Shown: piece by piece, positions 24,591-38,121 of the stretch | Layout: the number at the start of each line of letters is the position of its first letter | Numbering within the stretch: the stretch's first letter is position 1 | Assembly: GCA_000165425.1 (NCBI GenBank) | Contig: CT868002.1 | Coordinates: forward strand, 124,001-188,000 | Length of the DNA stretch: 64,000 nt | Origin: Paramecium tetraurelia | Taxonomy: Eukaryota | Reading direction: 5' to 3' | Program-made: the position numbers and the translations under genes | The notes under the pieces: model-generated | Database searches by the model: none | What the model saw: the letters and a program-made list of their open reading frames with translations, nothing else | What the model was told of the DNA's origin: nothing

Positions 24591-25844
24591 TCAAAGTTTC
24601 TTAATATAATTACTTTTTTATTGAGATTTGCTTTAATTTTATTTATTCCTGGACGACTTTTATAATTTATCCAAATCATATAATTTAGTGGATCTCAAAT
24701 TTCCAATTGTGGTTTAAGTCTACATACTTTCTTATCTAAATTTAGGAGATTAACAAATTGGAGTGTTCTAGTGCTTCTCTTAGTCTATCTTCTTCATTAA
24801 TATTCTATTTTGATTATCATTTAATTTTTTATTTGTTGTATCAGATAAAACTCTTTCATCCATTACTGTTGGATTGAAAGATACCAATTGATTTGTGGGA
24901 ACTAAATAAGTGGAGTCAGTTTTCTATGGTGAAGGTGATTAATCTTCAACTTATTCTTCAAATATTGATGGATCACTAAATTAATCCAATAACTATTAAT
25001 AAGTTGGTCTTTTGTCAGGTATAAAACTAACACAGGCTAAGATTAGCTTTTCCAATTTTTCTATTAAAATTATAAGTAATTCTTACTATTTATATGAAAT
25101 TGGGTAAATAAATTAATATATTTATCGAATTTTTCAGTCAAACAACATTTCTCATAATTATAAATTTCTGCTTCATACGGAGTTACTTCAGTGAATATTG
25201 CTATCATAATTAATCCAAAATTAAATATAGTGGCTTTTTCATTATTGAATGTTTTTTAATCATTCATTCTTAAGCATTTCATCACTTCTGGTGCGAAATA
25301 CCAATCTTCACACTTCAAATCTCCAGATAGTATACGCTAATAATCCCCTTGTTATGAAAGCAGTTGTTGATAGACTATTCTCACTTAATCTCCAAAAAGT
25401 AGTAATTTTGATAGACAAAATTAGCATGTGTCAGCTTTATATGAATCTAAATAGCTTAATGTTTTTAGGATATCCACACTAAATTTTTGTACATTTATTT
25501 GATATACATTTTTCAAGTGTTTTTCTGTATAATCTAATGTTAAATGAATTTTGTGAAATGTTGAGCACAATTACGATTCTACTTCATGTTCAATTTTGTT
25601 TATTCTAACTAAATTGTACTAAAATGATAAGAATATACATTACTTATTCCTAGTTCAACTTTTAGAATTCATCATACATTTTCTTTGCTTCATCCTCCTA
25701 CACCATGAATGTCCGTAAACATTAATATTTATCTTAACAGTTCTTAAATACTTTAATTGGTCCATATTAAGGATGATTGAGTTGTTTAACCATTACCCAT
25801 TGATTTGAATGAATAATTTAAGGTTTTAATTCTGTGTTACCCAT
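24591..25844 (-). CDS. Kinase-fold protein, probable pseudokinase, with N-terminal MG myristoylation signal
   Basis: MGNTELK..HPQYGPIKVFK..YFAPEVMK..EKATIFNFGL.. keeps C-lobe features but has no recognisable HRD or DFG. One intron near 25619-25643. Confidence 0.65.
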
Positions 25845-26399
25845 AAATTTGAAAAATATTCTGTTAAATAAAAATTTATATATAATATGAACTTTACATA
25901 AATAATAACATCCTTCATTAGATCTTTCTTGATTTAAATTTTCAAGTCTTAAATTCATAAAAGAAATAGTACCTTCGATTATTTTACATAATAAAGAATT
26001 CAACAATTTTCTACCATGAAACATCATTTAGGATTTGAGAATTTGAGAGTACAAAAAAGTGAATTTCTGTATTGATTATCTACAATTTTCTATTATAAGT
26101 TGTTTATGTTAGTGAAACCAACTATAAATACTATGTAATAGGACGAATATACTATATGTAGTATGATCTTAAATTATAAGAAAACTAAAAATAATATTAG
26201 GATATTTAATAATTAGAAATATATAGTTAGAGTTAGAAATTATAGATGAGATATGCTTCTATAATTGATATTTTAATGACGTTATCTATTATATTTTCTA
26301 TTTAATGAATATAAGAAAGAGGATAGGAGCTTATTCATATGAAATCAAATTGATCTTTTCATTTAAATCTAATTGTTTGGAAAAATATTTATATAAATA

Positions 26400-27113
26400 G
26401 AGTCAACAGTTCTATCCATTCAAATGTTCGAAAATGGTTTGACTCCATAAATGTTTCTGATTTAGACACTTAATCTCTTTTGTTAAGTTAAAGGCAGAGA
26501 TTTCTCTGGAGAATCATTCTAGGATAACTTAGTACATGATATATGTCCTTGACTGAAATTTCTATGTACTCTATTAAAGAGAGGTTGAGAAATAATTAAT
26601 GATTTATTAAAAGAAAATAATTTTAAGAGTGGTTTCTATGGTTATTTAGACTTTTGAATAATGAAGTTCGGTATTTTCTTTAGAGATCCTCTTTTATTAT
26701 TATCAGAAATTTTGATGGTTTCTTATCTTGGTCTAATTCCTAGCAATATCTTTAGGACTTTTGTATGATCCTTTAAGCCTGCTTTAGAATGAGGCATAAA
26801 TACTTTTTAATGCTGAATTATATTTTACAGTGGGTATTAGTCTTTTTAATTTATCGAAAACTAGCTTTCCTAATTTCTAATTTCTATGCATGGGTATTTC
26901 TATTTTGATTTATTGCATCCACTTTTTTGAATAGTTTTCATCTCCAAATATAGAGGCTCTGGCAGACTTTTGTCTAAATCTCGAGACATGAAAAGAGGAG
27001 TCGCATTTATACTTCAATTATTGTAAATATCTATGAGATTTAAAACTTGTCTAATGCAATCTTTCAGTCTATTCAGACAATAAAATAAAGGATTTAGAGT
27101 TTAATTTGAGCAT
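26400..27113 (-). other. Possible hypothetical gene or decayed gene fragment
   Basis: Long TGA-poor stretches on the minus strand (MLKLNSKSFILLSE..), but the correct frame could not be fixed by eye. Confidence 0.3.
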
Positions 27114-27181
27114 GGTTTGTTTTATAAATATAAATTGGATAATATTATAATATTTTCTCATTAATATTATATGTTGTAATA

Positions 27182-30100
27182 TCATTGATCTTTTAAAGTT
27201 ATTATAAACTTTGGATAAATCCGATTTCCCTTGATGTAATAATAATCTCCTTCTCTGAAATTATTTTCAGAATGATCACTTATTAAAAATTATTACTTCA
27301 ATTCTTAAACTAAGCCTAGTAAAACCTAGACCACAATTATTTGTTTTTCTCCTTTCTAAGACTCGCAATAATTATCTTTAATATAGGCCACTGTTTTGCC
27401 ACATTTTACATAAGGTCCTGTATGCTACACATAATTATAATATGATTTACATGATCAAAAGATAACGACAAAGTAACCCTTCCAATCTCCTCTTGAGCAC
27501 AATCCTTTTTATACCCAAAGAGCATCAATTCCTCATTCTAGTTTTTCAATTTACTTTTTGTTGATTGATATTTTGCCCATATATCATAATTCTGTACCAA
27601 CTATATAGTTTTAATATCCAAAAATGGAAAAGCTTATCTAACCACTTCTAGATCTGGTTGTAATTCGTCAAAGTAATATAAACTTTAATAGCTAGAAGGA
27701 TTCCAATCTTATGGGATTTATTGTAGAAACTCCACAACTTCCAAAATTAATTATTGGCTCTTCTCAAAAGATTTAATTTAAATTGATTAATTTTAGTTGA
27801 ATTCCCCTTCGATTTTTAGAGCATTATTGTTCAGGTAATTCAAAAAACTAAAGTATATTTGGTCATTAGTAGAAGGTAAGATGATTTCAAAAGTAATTAG
27901 ATGCTTTTCTATAATGTTCTAAATGGCTTACTTTACTTTCTCAATTTGGTTCTACTTAGCTTATTCAATATCTTGGACTTAATTGATAAATGCTTTTGCT
28001 CTACAATAAATCTGATTATTAGGGTTGGGAGTATCTTGAAGTGTTTCTACAGTTTATTTTTATTTTAAGAATTCATGTATAAATTAAAAATATTTGTCAG
28101 TTTTGATTTCTCTTCTTAATCTTCTTTTGTATTTTGTGTCTTAGTTAATTTAATACATCTCATCTTTAGATTTGAACAAAATCAAATACTTTTTTAAAAA
28201 TACTGTGAATTGGTATTTTTTCATCTAAATTCTTTCATTGATATATTAACTCAGGATATCATCAGCTTATTCATTTCCAATTTAATATAATCCATCTTTT
28301 TATTTGAGTATTTTAACCTAGCCACTGGCATGATCTAGGATTGTTCCTTTATTTATATCAATAGTATGAGTCCCAGGTTAATAAGAGCAAGGGAATTTTA
28401 ACATGAGTTCATTTTTTTTATTGTCTGCCTTATAACTTTAATAAGCAACTTCAATTTGTTCGTTAATCATGGCATCATCATAATCATTATATTATCTTCC
28501 GTCTGACCATTGCCATTAGAAATCCTAATAAGTGTCTCGCATTGAAGTAACCAAAGAATTAATCAATTCCTATTCATAAAGTGGTTTGAGTTTGAGGTTA
28601 TCAATAAAAATTGTTAGTTATTAAAATTTGGTTTAATCTGAACACATAAATACTTGTAATAATTTTGGGAAGATATCCTTTACATCTTCAATCAACACTC
28701 CAATTTATTTAAAAGGTAGTTTTTATTTTTGGCAATATTAAAAATATTCTCTAATACCTATAATATTTGAATGCACCTTATCCTCTTTTTAAAATATTAT
28801 TTTTTAATCTACATTTAGTTTACTATTGAATTTTATGAAGACTTCGCACATTAAATTGGTCTCAAAATTAACCTCCTTTGTTAAAAATTTAATGAATTAA
28901 TTTTTAGAATCTTGTTTTTTTATTTCAAACTATTTCATATCTCCTGAATCTGTGGGTGTCTAATACTCATTAAAATTGAACAGCAATTCAAATATCTATT
29001 AATCACTTGCTATTTGAATCTCTTTTTGACAATTACGATATAAATATTTTGCTTCCATCTTGCTAATTCCTATGGGTATTTCTAATAATTAATTATCCAA
29101 AATCTTTTCATATTTTGCAAATATCTCCAAAACTGCCATATTTTTAGTTGGACATTCTAAATAAATAATTTCACCACTCTATGACAACTTAATTGAGAGT
29201 ATTTCTTATGATTGTTGAACTATCTTATTTTTGTAATCCTGGCAGATTTATAAAGCATACAATTTAGATTTTGGTTTATAGGATAAAAGAGATAATTACT
29301 TCTTGCTATCCAATAAGTTTAGCATTTAATTTAAATGATTTGAGTGTATAATACAAATTATTTTGTTATTTTCAACATGCACTAAAGCAAAATACTTTTG
29401 TTAGAATTACTCAATTGTCAGTTCTAATTAATTAAGTTCATTCATCTACAAATTATAAACTTGAAGTTTTGACAAAGTTTGGTTTAATACTTATTCCAAA
29501 GTTATTATATCATTATTTAGGACTCGATTAAAATAAACCAAAACTTCAATATTTTACATTTTTATATCATTGATAGACAATATGTATTATTGTTAAGTAA
29601 CATCCATAAATAGTTTTTTTAAGATCTGCTTTTTTTGTTCAATTCCAATTTAATCAAAATAATAAGTGAGTGTTTAATCCACTTTAAGGTACAGTGATGA
29701 TGATTTCAGTTATTTTAAATGTATATTAACTTAGGCAACAAACTATTTTATCTACTAGATGGAGTTATTCAATTTAATTCCCTATTTGCAATGCTTAAAA
29801 TTAATATTGGAATTAGTGATTAATGGCAACTTACAAATATAGTTTTCAAAATTTAATTTATCCTAGAGATTTAATTTAAATATTTTAGAGGCTCTATCTT
29901 AAATTTCTTGCTAAAATTACTAATCTACATTGTAATAATCATCATACTACTCAATTTCTATATATGCTAATTTTAAAAAACTAGAAATATCAAATCTATT
30001 ATATCCAACCTTGATATTAATGTTTTTGTGCTATTTTACAATTTCTGACACTATCTCTTTTAATTCTATTCTAGTACATTTTGGTTTTTTTATAGAGAAT

Positions 30101-30816
30101 ACAAAAGTGTGAATATTAAAATTATCTTAGATGAAACCATTTAATAGGACTTGTTTCTATAGAATAAGAGGATCTTATTATTATTGCTGCATATTTTGAT
30201 TGAAATTTAAAATGAATACCAATCTTTTTAAACATATTACCTAGTCATGAGGTTCTTTAATTTCCCCAATAAGCAAATTTTCTTGGTTTGTATCAAAAAT
30301 CTTTGCCAATTTATCTAGAGATTTCCATAAAAAACCAATTTTAGAGGCTTTTTCTATTTAATTTTTGCAAAATACAGAAAATACTACAGAGCTTTGTATT
30401 TACATATTGATATGATTTAAAAGGATTTATTAGTTTGCATTGAGTTTTTAATTGGTTCTATATTCACTTAAAGTCCAATCCGGATAAATTTTAATTTAGG
30501 ACAATTAAGCTTTTTAATAGAAATGATTCTTCATAAGATTGTGAATAGCAATAAATTTCAATTTTTTCGATATTCCAATAGCTTAATTGAAATTTTACTA
30601 TTGCCATTATGGATCCTACTACAGTTAATTCTGAAAATCCAAGTGAAAGATGTCATTTTGATCAACGATCAAATTTCGATTTTGGATCAAGGCATTTTAT
30701 TTTTGACCATCATATTCTAAAATGATTTCTCCTTAAAGCTTCTCCAAGATCTCCAATATGCTTTACTTTTAATCATTTTAATCTAGATTGATTTTCAATT
30801 TGATTATGTTATTCAT
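27182..30816 (-). CDS. Large protein with WWE-like domain and C-terminal degenerate PARP/ART-like domain
   Basis: FQWQWSDGRQYNDYDDAMINEQIEVAYQ...HTIDINKGTILD (WWE-like, ~28320-28520). The C-terminus IQLVQNYDIWAKYQSTKSKLKNQNEELMLFGY...GEKQIIVVQVLLG...IYPKFIIT parallels the PARP catalytic-domain consensus. Confidence 0.7.
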
Positions 30817-31153
30817 TTTATTTATTGTATAAAAATATTTAAACTTTATAATCACAAAATAGTTCTTGAGAAAATTTGAAATTTTACAAATCTATTTAAA
30901 ATAAATTGTGATAATGAAATGGCAATAAATGGCCTTATTTTAAGAGTTAAACAAGCAATTTGATTACACTTTTTTTTATTAAATTCAGTTCATTATTATA
31001 TATGTTCTTAGTAAAATATATCATTTAAAGTTGTGAAGACGTAAATTAAATTGAGATATTGAAATCAGACTTTGGTTGATAATAAATTATTTATTTTTTA
31101 TTACTCCTGATTAATAAGAACGATTAAAAATACATTATACATAAAATAATTTA

Positions 31154-34100
31154 ATGAGAATAACTTTAATTGACAATTTAACAATTATTGCCCATTCCCA
31201 ACATTAGAATTAAGCCGGAAATACAATGGTAAGTGTTATTCTCATAATCCCATATATTTAATATTTGTCTCTTCTACTCCCATCTCATGGATGGTCATAT
31301 TGGAATTATAGTGATGGCTATTTATCATTCATTTAAAAGGCTTGCTCTTATTTTACAATAACTCCTTTTTTTGAATTTCAAAACAACTTCATCTATTACC
31401 CTTTTACAATTTTTAGTTTAATAATTATGGTAGGACTCATTTTATATTTGAGTGTTTTTCCTTTAGAAATGGAATCTGAAAACAAGAAAGTCAAATATTA
31501 AGAAGGCAGAACGAGTACTTTATGCACAGTAATTTTATTCACAATCCAAACTCTCTAAATCCCATGCTATAAGTTTTATATTTAATAAATTATTGAGGCA
31601 TAGTAAAAAAACCTTTAGAATCAATTAATTATTAACATAATTTCGATTATATTGTACTGCTTGTATATTTTTATGAGTGAATACTTTTTGAGGTAATATT
31701 CATTTACACCTTACCACCCGATGTAATAGAAATTTACACGATTAAGGGTTTCTCAGATTCTCATTAATTTGATTGCAATAGTCTTAACTTTGGAAAAGGA
31801 GTCTAGATTATATAATTTGATCGGCCTTCTCATGTTGCATTCAATATTTATTTTAAAAATGCTCAATCATTTATACTATAAACCTGAGGCTCCCCATAAA
31901 AATATGATCCATTTTGAAGCCTCCTTTACATTAGAGTCATTAGCCATATTAATAACTGTGAATGTTTTCTCGGAAAATTAAATCTTTCCTGAAGAACAGA
32001 TTGGAATTTATATAATGTTCATTTTTAGTTTGTCCACAATTTTAGGAAATTTGCTATTTAATTTCTTATTGTAATTGAATTTTGATCCAAAGACCAAATA
32101 GCTCTATCAGATTTACAAGTTGTATTCTTATATTGGTAATATCACAACAAATTCAATAACCACCTATAATCTCATCATATATTAGTTAATAAACGACAAG
32201 GATTTTTAAAAATTTCAATAGAAGGTAATTATGAATCAGAAGAGCACAAAAATGCAAGATTATTATAAATTAGGATTGTATATCATTACTGAAATTTTTA
32301 TCGATTTAAAAGAAGGATAGAAGAGTGAGCTTGAAGAGCTACAGTTGTTATTTGTGTCGTATTTAGCCTTGATTAGAAATAAGCCATTGATAGGTTATGT
32401 GGAGTTTAAGAAATTTGAATCTAATTAAAACATAAAGAAGTCCTATTATTTTTAGTTAATGAAAAGTAGAATTGATAAGCATTTATAAAAGAAAATAACG
32501 GCAATACAATAAATATATGAGAAAGAGCAATAATATATGAAGAATGTTACATAAGAAAAAAGTGTAAGTCCTGCAGAATTGTATGAATATTCTCAAATTG
32601 AGGAGAAGTTTCAAGGAAAAGTATCTGACTTAATATAACTTAAAATTTCTATTTGGGAAAGTTAGATAAATGGTTGCAAATCTATTTATGAATTTGAAGA
32701 TAATGCAGTTAAATTAAGTAAATAAATAATATCATGTATTTTTTTTCTTAGAAGTTAAACAATTAATGTAATATAAGAAGAGTACATAAAAAATTGTGAT
32801 AATATTTTAAAATTAAAAATATGTTCAATGTTCCATAGTTTTGTGTTGAATGATTATTATAGTGCATATTTGTGTGAATAGAAAATACAAGACATAATGA
32901 AAATAGAAACAACATAGGAGTAAAATGTGATAACACGATCCAATATTTTGAAGGATGAAACCATATTGATAATCATAAGTATAGTTAAACAATTGGGTTA
33001 AGTTTTAAATTTGAACAAAAGTTAAATTGCTAATTATTTTGGATATTCAAATTCAGAATTCCAGTAGATTGCTAACATTAAAGAACTCATGCCATAATAT
33101 TTTGGAAACCAACACGATTAATTCCTATAAACCTATATCTAGGAAGCAAGGACAGATTTAGCATTTAAGGAGACCTTAACGTTTGCTTAGGGTAAAAATG
33201 GATTCCTAATACCTCAGTATTTGAATGTTTATAATAATTTCGACATCAATGATGATTTTACTTTAATAGGAAGTCTTACAAAGGAAAAGGAAGTTCATAA
33301 TTATCTTATTTTTGATGAATATGGTAAATGTATAGGAATCACCTAACAATTAAGTAAATTGCTTGTACCGCAAGATAATCTAGAATATTTTTTGGAAAAT
33401 ATTGATTCATTTTATGTTTATATGTTTTTGCCTCATATTCATATATACATGAATGATATCTTGAATAACTCTAATAATAATGATGGTGCAATTCAATAAA
33501 AGTCTGTATTGCTGTATGTATTTTAAGACTTCATTGGTCTCTAGAAGATGCATTAAGCCATACTTAATTCATATTAATAGGGGTCTTAAAAGTATGTAGA
33601 ATAGACAAGGGTATTTTCACAATTTGAATAGATGAATTCGTTAATCACTAGTCCTCGAAATGGCAATATGAAGAGACTCATTTCAGAAGCTAAGCCTTCT
33701 AATCCATTGGAAGAGGTCAAGAATTTAGAACAAAGTAGTTTAGACTTCTTTAAAATTGGTTCGTAATAAAAGCCGACTATAATGGGCACTTAATAGAATG
33801 CAAATTCAATAAAAGAAAACGAAATAATCGATTTTTTGAATGCTATTGAAGTAATTATAAATTAAATTTGATAGGTATTGCAAAAGACAATCTATTTTTG
33901 TACTGCAAAAATCTAATTAAATATTTTGGGTAGGAAGGAAAATAAATAACATTACTTTATTTTGGAGTTATCTGAATTTGTAGATAAATCAAATCAATAA
34001 GATGAGGAAAAGAAATAAATGAGAAGACAAAATCTGCCTATTCGCAGGGCAGCCAAAAGACATACAAGCCAAAAGCAAAGTTATATTCAACAATTCTAGA

Positions 34101-36355
34101 CGATTCCTAAGAGTCCTGATTATCATATGGATTCTTCATTGATGAGTCCTGTTGGTTCAGTTTTACAAAAGAAAAGTTTTCTTGATAAATCTCCAGTTAA
34201 TAATTAGATTTTACATTACGTAAGCGAACGACGGTTAAATTTGATGGGTTCTTTAGGATAAGCTGATTCTTAGAGTTTTAGTGAAGAAGTATTTAGCAAT
34301 GAAATACAATAAGTGTTGCAGCATTAGAATGAGTACAAATCAAATCATGGAGTAGGAATACTTAAGTCTCAATCATCAACGAAATCTGGTAATTCAGGAT
34401 TAACTGCGATAGAAATAGTTAATAAATTTAAGACCAAAACTTCTTTAATATCAAGTCTTGCAATTATTTCATTAATAAAATTGGTCGTTCTTATTTTATT
34501 TATCATCTTTATGATTATTAACATAACACAAGTAAACGTTTTTAATGAATCAGTAGCAAAATTTATAACAGATATCAACTTACCTATAAATTTAAACAAA
34601 TACTTTTTAAATTTGTTCACTTACTCCTGGATCACCTCTTTAATGCTTAATGACATTTTAAATGCAAGTCAATTTATCAATAATTAAATGTACTTCCAGA
34701 GTCAAAATATGGAAACGACCTTCATAAATTTGACCAAAATGTATACCAATTTCATTTCATTAGAAGAAAATGGATATTTGGACAACCTGAATATTACTCA
34801 TTTAGACAATACAGTTTATGTTGAAAATGTAGACTTCACTGATTATATTTATTATCTTGAAGCTATAGGATATAGACTCTTGCATTTTGAATCAAACTCT
34901 ATTTATTTATCAAATCTACTAAAATATCGACTCAATTTTGGCAATATAATCCAAAATAATTTTTAAATAATTCAGTCGTTAGGATCATATTATAGTGATT
35001 AATAGGATGGCAAGATATTATTGTTATTTAATTAGATTCTTGCTGAAATAATTATAATTGGATTAATCATATTTAGTTAGTTGTATTTTTGGAGAAGGAT
35101 TGAACAATATTGTTAGAAAATATTATTACTCTCCAATAGATTGACTGAAAGTGGAGCAGAAAATTAAATAATTAAATTTAGATTAGTCGCGTAAATCATG
35201 AAGCAAACTTTTGGAGAATTGGGATTTAAATAGCAGAATTGTTATAAATTATGCTATACAGATATGCTATAGAGTAAAAAAGGATTTAAATAACATAGAT
35301 CAAAGATTCAGTCAATTTTAATAAAGTCTAAAAAGGCTAAACAACAAGAAATCTAAACCAAGAAACCTGGTTCTTCTACTATTCCTTTAAATTCCAGGAT
35401 CTCGAATGTGTAGATTAACATAATATTTAAACTAATTTATGTAATGATAAACATATCATTTGTCTGCTTTTTCTTCTTAGGAGATTATTTGTTGTATAAG
35501 GACCAATCATTAAAATTGAATCCTGCGTATGGGTTGGCTATGGATTATATTTAATTTTAAATAGGTTTTGAAAATACTATCACTGTTGCTCTTATGATCA
35601 AATCTGAATAACAGATTTATAGTGTAATGAGTGAAGTAATCTAGAATGAGTTTCTTGTTCTTAGTAATACGAATATATAGTATAATGTTACATCCGTTCT
35701 AACATAAGTCTATAGCTTTAATCATTCGGATTTGAATTCAATTTATTAAAAGATCATAGATTACGATATTATCAATGGTGAAGATGAAACATACATACTG
35801 ACAATATACAACAATGATTTCTGTTTGGTCTTTGATGACTAAGAGATTCCATTTTGCAATAAGAACTTATCGCCATAATAGTTTAGATCAGAATATGGTA
35901 CATATGACAGTAGGGATAACAATTCTTAATATTTAAAATCTGGGATTGTTGGAATAGTAAGCAAGATGGATACATTTTTGATGTAATATTATGAGTTTGA
36001 GTACTAAACAGGGTCATTGGATCCTGATTTTGTTAAACTAAATTAGCAATTGAATAGTTAGGATTTTACTAATATAATAGTTCAACATTATTTAGATACA
36101 TACTTAGGTTTTGAAGAGTTTTTTAATAATATTCAAGAGTCTATAATAAATCTCATCACATCACAATAGAATACATAAGACTTATATTAATTTTTAATAG
36201 GGATATTCCTCCTAATCTTTTTGATTGTAGCGGGGGGACTCATGATAATTAAGGTCAATTTAAGATTAATTCATCTAAGACTATTGATTACTTTGTTGCC
36301 AGTTGAAATAATGTTGGATATCTATACAATATCCTTGCTAAAAATCTTGTAATGA
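31154..36355 (+). CDS. Large multi-pass membrane protein with PAS domain (ciliate PAS-TM family), paralog A
   Basis: N-terminal TM bundle, PAS-like IANYFGYSNSEFQQIANIKELMPQYFGNQHDQFLQTYIQ..GKNGFLIP (~32950-33220), further TM segments, and end LLITLLPVE..SLLKILQ*. Confidence 0.8.
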
Positions 36356-36437
36356 ATGTATATATATATATATATTTTTGTTGTTTAATTTGAATAACAA
36401 TGTAATTATACTTCAATAAATTATTAATATATTAAAA

Positions 36438-38093
36438 ATGTTCCTTTATTTTCTCCTGATTTGCCAGAGTATGGAATTAGAATTCAGTTTTCTGAATGAC
36501 ACAGAGTAACAAATGACTAATGTTATAATGAATGCTGAATAGTAATCATTTATCAAAAGATTGGATGATTTAGGAAAGATTTTGTAAATTTTTGTTTAAT
36601 ACATTTTTAGGTCTGTGAATTTTCAAAGCGAAGATGAATCGAGTCAATTTTGTTCAACATTTTATTAAGGAGTAACTATTCATCAATCTCCATCTGGATT
36701 TATATCATTAGTACACGAATTAGCAAAGAAGGATATTGATGAATTAAGTGATGACGATTTGTATAGGGGATATAATGAAAAGCTATCCGCCTATGCTGTG
36801 AATCCAGAAGGAATAAGCATAATATCTTCAAAAGGGAGAGTTTATTTTATAGACACAAATTCAAAGAATTTATCTATTATCAATTAAACACTGCCATTAT
36901 CTAATGATAATTAATAGACTACTCAATTGATATTTGATGAAAAATCAAGATATTTCTATGCTTTTTTAAATGACAATAATTAGGTTGTCAAGTATTAGTT
37001 TCTTAATAATGAAATCCAACATAAACCAGTTAGTGGATGGACAAAGCCGAACGATAAATTCAGAGTTATAGCTAGTAATGGAATATTATACTCTGCCTAA
37101 GAGTCATAAGGTCTATTCATATATGAAATTTAATAGCATGGTTTTAGGTTAATAACAACTATTACTGCTAAAGATTTGTATGATTCTGACTCTGACTAAT
37201 TCAAAATTGTGGATGTTGCAGTTTCTGATGATAAATTGTACATTTTAGATCATTATCATGGAATTACACAATTTTAAATACGTTCTACTAATATGACTTT
37301 TGTTAAAAATGGAAAGTTGGGATTGATTAAATATTCAGATTGCAAATCATTTTCAGTAAGAGGATCAACCATCATTTTGATTTAAAATTACTAATCAAAT
37401 TCAGAGATAATTGAGTTATTCATATAGGGAGATGATTATGTAGAAATGCGAAAAATTTACACAAAAAGTCAATTGAGAAGAGCAGATATTCTAGATGATG
37501 ATTTTGCAATAGTTCGTGGTCTTCATGATCATAAAATCATGCTTATTTAGATGCCTGATTAATATCTTGATCAAGATGCAAAACGATTGTAAATTTAAAT
37601 ATCAATAAAATAGAGACAATTATTTCTTCAGTGGAAATCTTTTGGGGGTGAATAAATTCGGTAATACAAATGACACTCTTTTTGCCATTTCCCCTCATGG
37701 ATTCTATATCTTTGTTTACAGAGCATATCCAACTATAATCATCTGCAATAGCAATGATATTGACTCAGGACTCTATTCAGCAAATGTAATTAAATTATTA
37801 TATTGTAAAAGGTGTCAATCAAGAGTACTGATTGTGACAAGAAAACAGATAAGACAAATTCACTTCAATATTGTATTACCAACCATGTCTACAATTTCGA
37901 AATTAAAAAACCCTTGCTTTCACCAGAATAATAATAATATACTATATATCTGACCATTATCCTGATATCTATTATCCTTTTGTTGATTGGATGTATATTA
38001 TTTCATTGCAGAAGCTATCAAATAAAATTGGAAACTTTGGAGAGATCAAAAAAAAAAAGAAACTTTAGACCTCCCAGTAAATCGGAAGCATGA
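36438..38093 (+). CDS. Type I membrane protein with predicted beta-strand-rich (propeller-like) ectodomain
   Basis: Short signal-like N-terminus, blade-like segments (ILYSAQESQGLFIYEI, IVDVAVSDDKLYILDHYHGITQF), a TM segment ILYILTIILISIILLLIGCILF and a basic tail. Three short introns. Confidence 0.7.
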
Positions 38094-38121
38094 TGTGATA
38101 AAAATAATAAAATATTTAATT

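Noticed and set aside
36357..36375. (TA)n runs here and at ~39963-39978, ~12630 and ~2500
   Set aside because: Short microsatellites in AT-rich UTR or intergenic DNA, with no sign of element ends.
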